Shown here piece by piece: positions 10,272 through 20,491 of a stretch of 64,000 bases of DNA. Numbering within the stretch: the stretch's first letter is position 1; each line of letters starts with the position of its first letter. The stretch is from positions 1,888,001 through 1,952,000 of the forward strand of contig CAWAIF010000003.1 of NCBI GenBank assembly GCA_963782055.1, written 5' to 3'. Made by a program: the position numbers and the translations under genes. Source of the stretch: an uncultured delta proteobacterium (GTDB lineage: Bacteria; Myxococcota_A; Polyangia; Polyangiales; Polyangiaceae). The notes under the pieces are model-generated. The model saw only the letters and a list, made by a program, of their open reading frames with translations. It was not told the DNA's origin and did no database searches.

Positions 10272-12671
10272 ATGGAATGGATCCGCCCCTTCTCCACCCT
10301 CGGCATGGATGACGTCGCGCTGGTCGGCGGCAAGAACGCCTCGCTCGGCGAGCTGATCCGGGCGCTCGTCCCGAAGGGCATCCGCGTGCCCGACGGCTTC
10401 GCCGTGACGGCGCGCGCGTATCGCGAGTTCTTGAGGCGCGCGGACCTGGAGGGCGCGCTGCGTGACACGCTGGGCGGCGCGCACAAGGACGACACCGCCG
10501 ATCTGGCGAGGCGCAGCCAGCGGGCGCGCCAGCTCATCCTGCGCGCGCCCGTGCCGCGGGAGCTGGAGACGGCGATCGTGGAGCACTACCGCGCGCTCTC
10601 CTCCAGGTACGGCGAGGACGAGACCGACGTCGCCGTGCGCTCGTCCGCCACCGCCGAGGACCTGCCGGGCGCGAGCTTCGCCGGCGCGCAGGAGACCTTC
10701 CTCAACGTGCGTGGCGCCCCCTTCGTCGTCGACGCGGTCATCCGGGGCTTCGCCAGCCTCTTCACCGCGCGCGCCATCGCCTACCGGGAAGACATGGGCT
10801 TCGACCAGCTCGCCGTCGCGCTCTCGGTGGGCGTGCAGAAGATGGTGCGCTCCGATCTCGCGAGCTCCGGCGTCATCTTCACGCTCGACACCGAGACCGG
10901 GCACCGCGGGGTCATCCTGGTGACGTCGAGCTTCGGCCTGGGGGAGACCGTGGTGCAGGGGCGCGTGCTCCCCGACCAGTTCTGGGTGCACAAGCCCACC
11001 CTGCGCGAGGGCTACGCGTCGCTCATCCGCAAGAAGCTCGGCACCAAGGAGGTCAAGCTCGTCTACGACACCGAGGAGAACCGCCAGGTCAAGAACGTGC
11101 GCGTGTCGGACGACGACCGCGCGCGCTTCTCTTTGAGCGACGAGGACGCCCTCACCCTGGCGCGGTGGGCCGCCGCGATCGAGACGCACTACACCGAGCG
11201 GGCCGGCGCGGACACGCCGATGGACATCGAGTGGGCGAAGGACGGCCGCTCCGGCGAGCTCTTCGTCGTGCAGGCGCGCCCGGAGACGGTGCACTCGCGA
11301 CAGCGCGGCACGACGCTGAAGGTCTACTCGCTCCACGGCAAGGGCAAGCGCCTCACCGTGGGCCTGGCCATCGGGGAGGGGATCGCCAGCGGCAAGCCGC
11401 ACGTCATCGCGGAGGCGCGCAACATCGACCAGTTCCGCCCGGGGGAGGTCCTCGTCACGCGCAGCACCGACCCCGACTGGGAGCCCATCATGAAGGTGGC
11501 CTCCGCCATCGTGACCGATCAGGGCGGCCGGACCTCCCACGCCGCCATCGTCGCGCGCGAGCTCGGCATCCCGGCCCTCGTCGGGACGGCCGACGCCACG
11601 CGCGTGCTCCGCGGCGCGAAGCGCGTGACCGTCTCCTGCGCCGAGGGGGAGATGGGGAACGTCTACGAGGGCGAGCTGCCCTTCGAGGTGACCGAGATCG
11701 ACTCGTCGAAGCTCCCGCACACGCGCACCAAGGTGATGCTCAACGTCGGCAACCCGGAGCAGGCCTTCAAGCAGTCGCTGCTCCCCTCCGACGGCGTCGG
11801 GCTCGCACGCATGGAGTTCATCTTCGCGAGCTGGGTGGGCGTGCACCCGCTGGCGCTGACGCGCTACGACACCCTGGACGAGGCGGGGCGGGCGGAGGTG
11901 GACCGTGTGGTGGGCGACGGCATGGAGGACAGGAGCGCCTTCATGGTCGACGAGCTGGCCCAGGGCATCGGCACCATCGCCGCGGCCTTCTTCCCGCGCC
12001 CCGTCATCCTGCGCTTCAGCGACTTCAAGACCAACGAGTACGCGAAGCTCGCCGGCGGCGCGGCCTTCGAGCCGAAGGAGGACAACCCCATGCTCGGCTG
12101 GCGCGGCGCGAGCCGCTACTACCACCCCGACTACAAGGAGGGGTTCCTCCTGGAGTGCGCCGCCGTCAAGCGCGTGCGCGAGACCTTCGGCCTGACCAAC
12201 CTCAAGCTGATGATCCCCTTCTGCCGCACGCCGCAGGAGGGGCAGAAGGTGCTCGACACGATGGCGGAGGCGGGCCTGGTGCGCGGCGAGAAGGGGCTGG
12301 AGGTCTACGTGATGGCGGAGATCCCCTCCAACATCCTGCTCGCCGAGCGCTTCGCCGAGATCTTCGACGGCTTCTCCATCGGCTCCAACGACCTGACGCA
12401 GCTCACGCTCGGCGTCGACCGCGACTCGTCGACCATCGCGGCGCTGTTCGACGAGCGCAACGACGCGGTGAAGTGGTCGTGCGCGCACCTCATCGAGTGC
12501 GCGCACGCGGCGGGACGCAAGGTGGGCATCTGCGGGCAGGCGCCCTCCGATTACCCCGAGTTCGCCGAGTTCCTCGTCGAGCAGGGGATCGACTCGATCA
12601 GCCTGAGCGCAGACGCCGTGGTGCGCACGCTCGAGCGGGTGGCGAAGGCGGAGAAGAAGAAGCGGCGGTGA
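10272..12671 (+). CDS. ppsA: Phosphoenolpyruvate synthase (pyruvate, water dikinase)
   Basis: VGGKNASLGE, AVRSSATAEDL, DIEWAKDG, GGRTSHAAIVARELG (phospho-His), FSIGSNDLTQ and GICGQAPSD. Confidence 0.97.
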   Translation: MEWIRPFSTLGMDDVALVGGKNASLGELIRALVPKGIRVPDGFAVTARAYREFLRRADLEGALRDTLGGAHKDDTADLARRSQRARQLILRAPVPRELETAIVEHYRALSSRYGEDETDVAVRSSATAEDLPGASFAGAQETFLNVRGAPFVVDAVIRGFASLFTARAIAYREDMGFDQLAVALSVGVQKMVRSDLASSGVIFTLDTETGHRGVILVTSSFGLGETVVQGRVLPDQFWVHKPTLREGYASLIRKKLGTKEVKLVYDTEENRQVKNVRVSDDDRARFSLSDEDALTLARWAAAIETHYTERAGADTPMDIEWAKDGRSGELFVVQARPETVHSRQRGTTLKVYSLHGKGKRLTVGLAIGEGIASGKPHVIAEARNIDQFRPGEVLVTRSTDPDWEPIMKVASAIVTDQGGRTSHAAIVARELGIPALVGTADATRVLRGAKRVTVSCAEGEMGNVYEGELPFEVTEIDSSKLPHTRTKVMLNVGNPEQAFKQSLLPSDGVGLARMEFIFASWVGVHPLALTRYDTLDEAGRAEVDRVVGDGMEDRSAFMVDELAQGIGTIAAAFFPRPVILRFSDFKTNEYAKLAGGAAFEPKEDNPMLGWRGASRYYHPDYKEGFLLECAAVKRVRETFGLTNLKLMIPFCRTPQEGQKVLDTMAEAGLVRGEKGLEVYVMAEIPSNILLAERFAEIFDGFSIGSNDLTQLTLGVDRDSSTIAALFDERNDAVKWSCAHLIECAHAAGRKVGICGQAPSDYPEFAEFLVEQGIDSISLSADAVVRTLERVAKAEKKKRR

Positions 12672-12695
12672 GCCGGGCCCGCCCGTGGCCGGATC

Positions 12696-13400
12696 TCAGC
12701 GCACCAGGCCGAGCCGCATGAGCTGCTGGAGCAGGCGCAGCGCCTCCACGCGCGGCATGCCGGCGACGTCCAGGACGGACTCCAGCGTCAGCTGGCCGTC
12801 GATCTGCGCGAGCAGGAAGCCGGCGCGGTGGTCGAGCGTCGAGGGCAGGCGCATCAGCGCGTCCGGCGCGAGGGCCGGCACGCGCTCGACCGGGCCGATG
12901 GCCGCGAGGATGGATCCCTCGATCTCGCCGCGACAGGCGGACGCGCAGTCGTTGGCGAGAGCGTTCTGCGCGTCGGCGGCGAGCACCGCCTCGGCGAGGT
13001 CGAGCGCGCCGGCGAAGTCGCCGCCGGTGAAGCTGCGCCACATGCGGTCCACCAGCGTCGGTACGCTCGGCGGGATGGACGCGTCCAGGTCCTCCTCCGG
13101 CGGGATCGGGAGCGGCGCCGCGGTGCGCAGCCGCACCTCGCTGCCTTCCTCTTCCTCGTCGCCCAGCACCGGGATGAGGGAGAGCGGCCGCACCTGGCTG
13201 TCCTCCAGCTCCTCCAGCTCGTCCCGCTGCGGGCGCACGCCGCTCGACTCCGGCGGCGGACGCTGCGAGCGGCGCGCCTGCTGCCTGGCGAACGTCTCCA
13301 GGTCCATGGTGGGGGTGGTGCGATCGCCGTCGCTCTCCGTTCGCGTCCAGCCCGTGGACGGGGAGGGGGTCGTGCGTCGCTTCGGAGTGTCCGCCGCCAT
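12696..13400 (-). CDS. Hypothetical protein: acidic low-complexity N-terminus, helical/wHTH-like C-terminus
   Basis: AGGAG RBS and coding-like codon use; C-terminal LDHRAGFLLAQIDG...EALRLLQQL. Confidence 0.7.
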   Translation of the reverse strand: MAADTPKRRTTPSPSTGWTRTESDGDRTTPTMDLETFARQQARRSQRPPPESSGVRPQRDELEELEDSQVRPLSLIPVLGDEEEEGSEVRLRTAAPLPIPPEEDLDASIPPSVPTLVDRMWRSFTGGDFAGALDLAEAVLAADAQNALANDCASACRGEIEGSILAAIGPVERVPALAPDALMRLPSTLDHRAGFLLAQIDGQLTLESVLDVAGMPRVEALRLLQQLMRLGLVR

Positions 13401-13625
13401 GGCTCCTGTCTGCTCAACCCCCTGCTAGCCGGTGCACCTCACGTTGCACCAGGCTCAAGTGTGCACCGTCGTCACTCCCCTGCAAAGGCTTCGTCACCGC
13501 TGGCGGCGCGACCCACCGTCCGATTGAACGCCGTAAACCCGGGACGTCGCCGCATTCCTGGGCCTTTCGACGCGGGCGGCGGCTGGTGCCGGTGTGGGTC
13601 CTTACACCACAAATCGGTCATCGCC

Positions 13626-15893
13626 CTAGAAGCGAAGGCACGCCAGGATGTTCACGTAGTCGTCCGTCCACGGCCGGAGCGAGGAGGGCGGCAGGTCGCG
13701 CCAGTCCGGGCCCGTCGCCGCGCGCGCCTGCTGCTCGGTACGCGCGAGCAGGATCCACCGCGAGGGCGCCTTGCCGTCGCGTGCGAGCAGCTCGCGCGCG
13801 CGGTCGGTGCCACCCTCGTCCTGCCGCTCGACGGCGCGCCAGCCGTCGGCCTTCGCCACCGCCGCGACGACGCGACCCAGATCGAGGTAGCGGTTGGACA
13901 CGTTCATCAGGATGCTCGCGCCGGGCGTGAGCTTGCGCGCGTACATCGCGAACGCCTCGCGCGTGAGGAGGTGGGTCGGCACCACGTCGCTCGTGTACGC
14001 GTCGAGCACCAGGAGGTCGAAGGAGGCGTCGGGCGCCCGCGCCAGCTCCACGCGCGCGTCACCGAGCACCACCTTGATCGCCGCGCCCCGCGCGCGCGCG
14101 TCGCCCACGAAGGTGAAGAGGCTCGGATCCTCCGCGATGCGGCGCACGACAGGATCGATCTCGTAGAAGGTGAAGGACTGGCCGGCGTCCGCGTAGGTGG
14201 CGAGGGACGCCACGCCCAGGCCGATGAGCGCGGCGTGCCGGGGCGCGATGCGAGACAGCGCCTCGCCGCCGGGGCCCGTCGCGTGGTAGTAGGCGCCCGC
14301 CACGCGCCGCCGCGCCGGGTCGGTGGACTGCAGGCCGTGGATGGTGGTGCCCTGGACGTAAAGGTGACGCGCGTGAGCGCGGTCCTCCAGCACGCCGTGC
14401 GTGGCGAAGAAGCTGCGGCCGCGAAAGAGCACCGAGCTCCCGGCGCGACCGACGTCGGGCGCGGCGAGCACCAGGAGCACGACCCACGCGAAGCGCGCCA
14501 CCCGCGCGCGCATGCTCCACGCGACCACGCACGCGACCGTCACCGCCTGCGCGACGACGAAGAGGCGCAGCGTGTCGCTCCCGCCGCGCGTGGCGCGCAC
14601 GGCGACGGCCACCAGGCCGGCCAGGGCCAGCGGCAGAAGCACCCCCCTGGCGACGGCCCGCAGCCGGCGGCGCGCGGCGTGCGGGTCCGGCGCGCCCTCC
14701 ACCTCCCGCACCACCTCGGCGAAGTCGCGCGCGGGCGCGTGGCCGGCGGAGAAAGGCATCCACACGCGCACCGCGCACGCGAGCGCCACCACCAGCGGGT
14801 ACTCCCAGAGCGCCGGGAACACGAGCGGCGCGACGATGGCGTTGAAGACGCCGCCCAGCGCGCCGCCGAAGGACACCGCCAGGTAGAAGGCCGTCAGGTG
14901 CTCCGGCGGAGGCTTGCGGCGCGCCAGCTCGCCGTGGCACGCCAGGGCGACGACGAAGAACGCGCCGAAGTGGACGAGCGTCGCCAGCCAGAGCAGCCTG
15001 TCGGCGCCGACGGTCATGGTGAAGACGAGGGCGAGCACCGCGCCGGGCATCCAGGCCACCGCCCGCGCATGCGCGATGCGCGGCCGCGCGGAGAAGGGGA
15101 TGATGAAGGCGACGAGGTAGAGCGCGAGGGGCACCACCCAGAGCAGCGGGACGGGCGCGACGTCGGTCGTGACGAAGGTGGTGACGCCGAGCAGCAGGCT
15201 GGAGGGCACGAAGGCGAGGACGACCCACCGCGCGACGTCCCGCGCCGGGATGGGTGCCGCCATGGCCGAGGGCGCGCTCGCCGGCGAGGGCGAAGGTGAA
15301 GGCGCGCGCTGCCGGAGCAGCGGCCAGCCGCACAGGACAATCATGGCCGCCGCGGCGACGTAGGCCGCCGACCACCCGCGCGCCTGCGCGCGCAGCGTGG
15401 TGAGCGGCTCCACGAGCACCGGGTAGGCGAGGAGCGCGAGCAGGCTCCCGGCGTTGCTTGCAGAATACAAGGGATACGGGTCCGCGCGACCGTCGCTCGC
15501 CCGGTGGAGCCAGCGCCCGAGGAGCGGGCCGGTGGCCGACAGCGCGACGAAGGGCAGGGCGACCCGGCGGGCGAGGTGCAGCAGCAGCCAGCCCATCGGG
15601 AAGGCCTCGGCGGGCGGCGGCGACCCGACCGGGGGCCGCAGCGGCAGCGCGGCGAGCGCCAGCCCGAGCAGCGCGGCGTGCACCAGCGGCTGCGCGCGCG
15701 CCGGGACGCGCGTCGCGACGGCGTGGGCGTACGCGTACCCCACGAGCAGCGACACCTGGAAGAAGAGCAGGCAGGTGGCCCACACCTCCGGCGCCCCGCC
15801 GAGCACGGGAAGCAGCATCTTGCCCACCACCGGCTCGACGGCGAAGAGCAGCGCGGCGGAGAGAAAGGTGGTGAGCGCGAAGACGGCTCGCAC
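13626..15893 (-). CDS. Fused membrane / spermidine-synthase-like SAM-binding protein
   Basis: Many TM helices, DPYPLYSASNAGSL and CHGELA; C-terminal IGLGVASL, YEIDP, GDAR, DLLVLDAY, HLLTREA and WTDDY. Confidence 0.9.
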   Translation of the reverse strand: MRAVFALTTFLSAALLFAVEPVVGKMLLPVLGGAPEVWATCLLFFQVSLLVGYAYAHAVATRVPARAQPLVHAALLGLALAALPLRPPVGSPPPAEAFPMGWLLLHLARRVALPFVALSATGPLLGRWLHRASDGRADPYPLYSASNAGSLLALLAYPVLVEPLTTLRAQARGWSAAYVAAAAMIVLCGWPLLRQRAPSPSPSPASAPSAMAAPIPARDVARWVVLAFVPSSLLLGVTTFVTTDVAPVPLLWVVPLALYLVAFIIPFSARPRIAHARAVAWMPGAVLALVFTMTVGADRLLWLATLVHFGAFFVVALACHGELARRKPPPEHLTAFYLAVSFGGALGGVFNAIVAPLVFPALWEYPLVVALACAVRVWMPFSAGHAPARDFAEVVREVEGAPDPHAARRRLRAVARGVLLPLALAGLVAVAVRATRGGSDTLRLFVVAQAVTVACVVAWSMRARVARFAWVVLLVLAAPDVGRAGSSVLFRGRSFFATHGVLEDRAHARHLYVQGTTIHGLQSTDPARRRVAGAYYHATGPGGEALSRIAPRHAALIGLGVASLATYADAGQSFTFYEIDPVVRRIAEDPSLFTFVGDARARGAAIKVVLGDARVELARAPDASFDLLVLDAYTSDVVPTHLLTREAFAMYARKLTPGASILMNVSNRYLDLGRVVAAVAKADGWRAVERQDEGGTDRARELLARDGKAPSRWILLARTEQQARAATGPDWRDLPPSSLRPWTDDYVNILACLRF
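15458..15469 (+). repeat. Dispersed motif TTGCANAATACA, copy 2 (TTGCAGAATACA)
   Basis: Exact match, antisense to the host CDS (read TTG TAT TCT GCA AGC). Confidence 0.8.
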
Positions 15894-15899
15894 GTTGCG

Positions 15900-16934
15900 T
15901 CAGTCGTCCGACCCCTCGCGCGCCGACGGGATCGGAGCGGGCGGGGGCATCGTCGTCCCCGCGGCGCCGCGGGGCATCGCGCTCGCGCTCCTCAGCCAGC
16001 CCATCTGCCGGGCGCGGTCGCCGGGGAAGAGGTTCTCCAGGATGGGCGCGATGAGGCCGGACACGTCGTGCGCGGTCACCTGCCGGACGAAGGCGTGCAG
16101 GTCTCGCGCGAGCGCGGCGGCGTCGGGGTAGCGGTTGTCCCGGTTGCGCTGCAGCGCCTTGTCCACGATCTGCCAGAGCGCCGGCGGGTAGCCCGCCACC
16201 AGCTTGCGGGCGTCGGGGATGGGCCCGCCGCGCACGGCCTTCACCGTCTCCACGTCGTCCTCGCGCTTGAAGAGGCGGCGCATCGTCGTCATCTCCCAGA
16301 GCGTGGTGCCCAGCATGAAGATGTCGGCGCGGTGGTCGATCTCCAGCTGGAGGATCTGCTCCGGCGAGAGGTACGGCAGCTTGCCCTTCACGACGCCGGC
16401 CGAGCTCTGCGCGCGCCGGCCGAGCGACTTGGCGAGGCCGAAGTCGAAGAGCTTCACCTGGCCGTCGTAGGTGAGAAAGACGTTGCTCGGGTTGACGTCG
16501 CGGTGGATGACGCGCAGGGAGGCGCCGCGCTCGTCGGCCAGCGCGTGGGCGTGGGCGAGGCCCTCGGCGACGCGCGCGGCGATGTGCGCGCTGAGGTCCA
16601 GGCGGAGGGAGACGCCGCGCGCGACGCACGCGTCCCAGACGTCGACGAGCGTCCGCCCGAGCAGGAGCTCCATCGCGATGAAGTGGTGGCCGTCCTGCTC
16701 GCCGAAGTCGTAGGTGCGCGTGATGTTGTCGTGAGAGAGGCGGGAGAGGATCTTCGCCTCGTCCAGGAACATGTCGACGACGTGCGGGCTCTCGGCGAGC
16801 TCGTGGCGCAGCACCTTGATGGCGGCGACGTGATCGGGCGCGCGGCCGAGATAGATGGTGGCCATCCCGCCGCCGCCGATCTTGGCGACGACGTCGTATC
16901 GGCCGAGGCGCTTCGGACGGGGAGGGGGAGGCAT
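15900..16934 (-). CDS. Hanks-type Ser/Thr protein kinase
   Basis: LGRY...IGGGGMATIY, AAIK, HRDVNPSN, DFGLAK, KGKLPYLSPEQ and DHRADIF. Confidence 0.92.
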   Translation of the reverse strand: MPPPPRPKRLGRYDVVAKIGGGGMATIYLGRAPDHVAAIKVLRHELAESPHVVDMFLDEAKILSRLSHDNITRTYDFGEQDGHHFIAMELLLGRTLVDVWDACVARGVSLRLDLSAHIAARVAEGLAHAHALADERGASLRVIHRDVNPSNVFLTYDGQVKLFDFGLAKSLGRRAQSSAGVVKGKLPYLSPEQILQLEIDHRADIFMLGTTLWEMTTMRRLFKREDDVETVKAVRGGPIPDARKLVAGYPPALWQIVDKALQRNRDNRYPDAAALARDLHAFVRQVTAHDVSGLIAPILENLFPGDRARQMGWLRSASAMPRGAAGTTMPPPAPIPSAREGSDD

Positions 16935-17009
16935 TCCCGGGGGGATGATACAACAGGTCTCGACGAGGTTTCCGCGCGCCGGTCGACGTGGGATGATCCG
17001 GGGCTCGAC

Positions 17010-19500
17010 ATGGCGGCGCTCCGACGCAACCTCTACGGCACGATCGCCGTCCTCGCCCTGGGGGCTCTGCCGGGCGGGGCGTGCGGCTCCGGGCCGAGCC
17101 CGGTCGTGCTGTCGTCGAGCGACGCGACCGTGACGGTGTCGCTCGACCCCTTCTCCCTCACCATCGGCGACGGCTCGGGGAAGCCTGTGCTCGAGACGCT
17201 CTCCGGCGGCGGGGACGACGCGTACGGCGGCGTCGCGACCACCGTGGACGTGCCGACGTACTCCGCCCAGCTCCTCGAGGGCTGGGACGAGTACGCCGCG
17301 GGCGAGGGCCCCTTCCGCCACGCCACCCGCGCGACCGTCGCGAGTCGCACCGCCGGGTCGGTCACCCTGAGCCTCACCGGCGACGGCGATCTCGCGATGA
17401 AGCTCGTCGTGTCGCTGGACGGCGCGCGCGTGCACCTGTCGCTCGACGCGCCGCCCAACAAGACGACGATGTCCTTTCATTCCACCGCCGACGAGCACTT
17501 CTTCGGCATGGGCGAGCGCTTCGGGACGGTCGATCACCGCGGCTGGTCGCTCTACAGCTGGGCCGAGGAGGGCGGGCTCGGGCAAGGCGAGAACACGCCG
17601 GTGAGCGACACCAACCCGTACCCGCACGGCCCCTCCATGACGTACTTCCCGGTGCCCTTCTTCCTTTCGAGCCACGGCTACGGCGTGCACCTGGAGACCA
17701 CCTTTCGCACCGAGGTCCACTTCGCGAGCGAGCGCGACGACGCGTGGCGCTTCGCCGTCGAGGCGCCGGCGTGGGACGCGACGGTCTACGTGCACCATGA
17801 CCCGCTCGCGACCCTCGACGACTACACCGCCGACACCGGACGCCCGCTCGTGCCCGCGCCGTGGGTGTTCGGCGCGCGACGACGCGTCGGCGACAAGTCG
17901 ATGGTGAACGGCGTCCCGGAGTGGCAAGCGATGCGCCAGAACCACGTGCCCATCACCGGCATGGACGACTCCGTCCACTTCCTGCCCGCCCTCTCGCAGA
18001 CCGGCCGCGAGGCGGAGCTCCAGCAGTGGACGGCCACGGCGCACGCCGAAGGCTACAAGGTCATGGCGTACAACAACCCGTACGTCGCCGCGAACAACGC
18101 CAACGCGGCGGCGGACTACGCCTACGGGCTCGCGCACGGCTACTTCGTGAAGAACCCCGACGGCACGCCGGTCCTGAACAACTTCATCTCCGGCACGCTG
18201 CTCCAGGTCTCGCCGATCGATCTCACCAACCCCGACGCCGTGACGTGGTTCCAGAGCCTCCTGCAGCGCACGCTCGACCTCGGCTACGACGGGTGGATGC
18301 ACGACTTCGGCGAGTACACGCCGCACGACGCCGTGTTCTTCGACGGGCGCCGGGGCGACGAGATGCACGACGAGTACCCGGTGCTCTCGGCGAAGGCGGC
18401 GCACGACCTCCTCGTCGCCGAGCGGCCCAACGACTTTCTCTTCTTCGTGCGCTCCGGCTACGCGGGCACGCAGGCGTACGTGCCCGCGGTGTGGGGCGGC
18501 GACGCGGAGGCGACGTTCGACACCACGCAGGGCATCCCGTCGGTGGTGCGCGGCGGCGTGAACCTCTCCATGAGCGGCGTGCCCTACTGGGGCAGCGACG
18601 GGACGGGCTTCAAGTGCCTCACCAGCTTCCCGCACGACAAGGAGATGTTCTTGCGGTGGGTCGAGATCATGGCGGCGTCGCCGATGATGATGGAGGACAA
18701 CGCGTGCTCCAACCCCATCCAGGGCACCCAGCCGAAGTGGTCGCTCTGGAGCGACGCCGAGACGACCACGACGTACGCGCGCTGGGCGCGTCTCCACACC
18801 CGCCTCGCGCCGTACTTCTGGGCGCTCGCCGAGCGCGCGCACAGCGCCGGCACGCCCCTCACGATGCACCCGTTCTTGCTCTTTCCCGACGCGCCGCAGG
18901 CGTGGTCCATCGAGGACGCGTACTACCTCGGGCCGGCGCTCTACGTGTGGCCGGTCGTCGCGCGCGGCGGCACGGAGAAGCACGGCTGGATGCCGCCGGG
19001 CCGCTACGTCGACCTGAACGATTTCCGCGTCTACGCCGGCGGCGCCGAGGTGAGCGTGCCCGCGCCGCTCGACGACCTGCCGATCTTCCTCGTGGAAGGC
19101 CAGATCGTGCCGATGCTCGAATCCGTCGATCGACACGCTCGCGCCGGCCACCAATCCGGCCGTCGTCACGCCGGAGCGCGTCGCCGACCGGCTCGACGTC
19201 CAGGTCGCCCTCGCGCCGGGCGATCACGCGCACTTCACCATGACCGACGGCACCACCCTCGACGCCGAGCGCCTCACCGCCGACGCGGGCAACCCCGCCT
19301 CGCTCGCCGGCGTCCCGCCTGCCCAGATCGCCGACTGCGCGTCGTGCTTCGAGGAGGAGACGCCCGGCGACGTCGCGCGGCTCCGGGTGAACACGGCGCT
19401 CGCGGCGGGCTCGGACGTCACGCTGGAGGATGTGCACCTCGTCGTGACCGGCGGTCCGGCCCGGCGCGTGCGGTGGGACGTCCTTCGGCTGAAGCCGTGA
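17010..19500 (+). pseudogene. Glycoside hydrolase family 31 lipoprotein with a 1-bp frameshift (may be a sequencing error)
   Basis: GMGERFG, DLTNPDA, GYDGWMHDFGE, RSGYAG, WGGD and PYWGSDG; removing one A at 19120/19121 gives ...PMLDPSIDTLAPATNP... running to the stop at 19500. Confidence 0.85.
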
Positions 19501-19516
19501 CCGAGGAGCAGGCCGG

Positions 19517-19554
19517 GGGATGCCCCTCCGGGTGCACGGAGCGGACCTCGGCGA
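19517..19554 (+). repeat. Internally deleted mini-copy of the 23923-24114 repeat
   Basis: GGATGCCCCTCCGGG joined via 8 nt to GCGGACCTCGGCGA, i.e. both ends of the long repeat. Confidence 0.7.
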
Positions 19555-19617
19555 GGCCGGGTGAGCCAGCCGGTGGCGCATTCTTGTCTCCGGCCCGGAA
19601 CCGCGCTTCCATGGGCC

Positions 19618-20229
19618 ATGCTCACGGAGGTGAAGTGTCCGCGGTGTGGCGCTCCGCTGCCCGCCTCGAAGGCGCGCGACCGCACGTGTCCGTTCTGCGG
19701 TGCGGACGTGGTGGCGGAGGCCCCGGCGCCCGTCGTCGTGCGCGAGGTGATAGAGCGCGTGATCGTCGTCGACCAGGCCGGCAAGACGAGCATGCCGTGC
19801 CCGCGCTGCTCCAGCGCGCTCTTCGAGGGCAGGACGCAGGCGACCACCCTCCACGGGTGCGGCGAGTGCGGCGGCGTGTGGCTGGACAACGGCGGGACCC
19901 GGCGCGTGCTGTCGTTGCTCGACCCGGGGATCGTCACGCTGGCCGATCAGGCGTCGAGCCACGCGCGCCCCGTGCAGCCATCCCCGGGCGCTCCGATGCG
20001 CTGCCCCGTCGGCGGCGAGACGCTCTCCCCCGTCGCCGTCGGCGACGTCCAGGTGGACATCTGTAAGGATCACGGCACCTGGTTCGACAAGAACGAGGTG
20101 CACCGAGTGTGGGCGTGGCTCCAGGAGGCGCACCGCCCGGCCTACGACTACGGCCCCGCCGCCGCCGAGGCGATGGAGAACGAGCGCTTCGCGAAGGTGC
20201 TGTTCGGGGGCCTGGTGCGGGGGTTTTGA
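19618..20229 (+). CDS. Multi zinc-ribbon (zf-TFIIB-like) protein
   Basis: CPRC..CPFC, CPRC..CGECGGVWLD and CPV..CKDHGTWFD. Confidence 0.85.
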   Translation: MLTEVKCPRCGAPLPASKARDRTCPFCGADVVAEAPAPVVVREVIERVIVVDQAGKTSMPCPRCSSALFEGRTQATTLHGCGECGGVWLDNGGTRRVLSLLDPGIVTLADQASSHARPVQPSPGAPMRCPVGGETLSPVAVGDVQVDICKDHGTWFDKNEVHRVWAWLQEAHRPAYDYGPAAAEAMENERFAKVLFGGLVRGF

Positions 20230-20246
20230 CCCCTCCGGCGAGAACG

Positions 20247-20435
20247 TCAGGTCGTAGTGAGGGCGGGGTGCCCGCTCCACTCGGGGTCGACGTCGGCGAG
20301 GTCGACCTCGAGGAGGACGGCGCGTTCGTCGATGGTGACTCGCAGCGGTCCTGACCCCTGCGCCGTCCACTCGTGATCGATGGCGCGGCCCGCGAGCTTC
20401 GGCACCACCGACAGGGTGCTGACACGGGTCCCTTC
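20247..20435 (-). pseudogene. Possible 3' gene remnant
   Basis: Coding-like frame ...VVPKLAGRAIDHEWTAQGSGPLRVTIDERAVLLEVDLADVDPEWSG... bounded upstream by a stop, with no convincing start. Confidence 0.3.
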
Positions 20436-20491
20436 TCACGGGCATCCAGGGACTGGTCGAGCCGCTCCGGACCCTCGACGGGCGAGGGTGA

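Noticed and set aside
13401..13625. Riboswitch or ncRNA in the lower-GC spacer with three GGTGCA repeats
   Set aside because: No recognisable family consensus; a covariance-model search would be needed
15504..20066. 1520 aa ORF as one giant protein
   Set aside because: Only 17010-19120 is GH31; the start is a shadow of minus-strand genes and the tail is post-frameshift read-through
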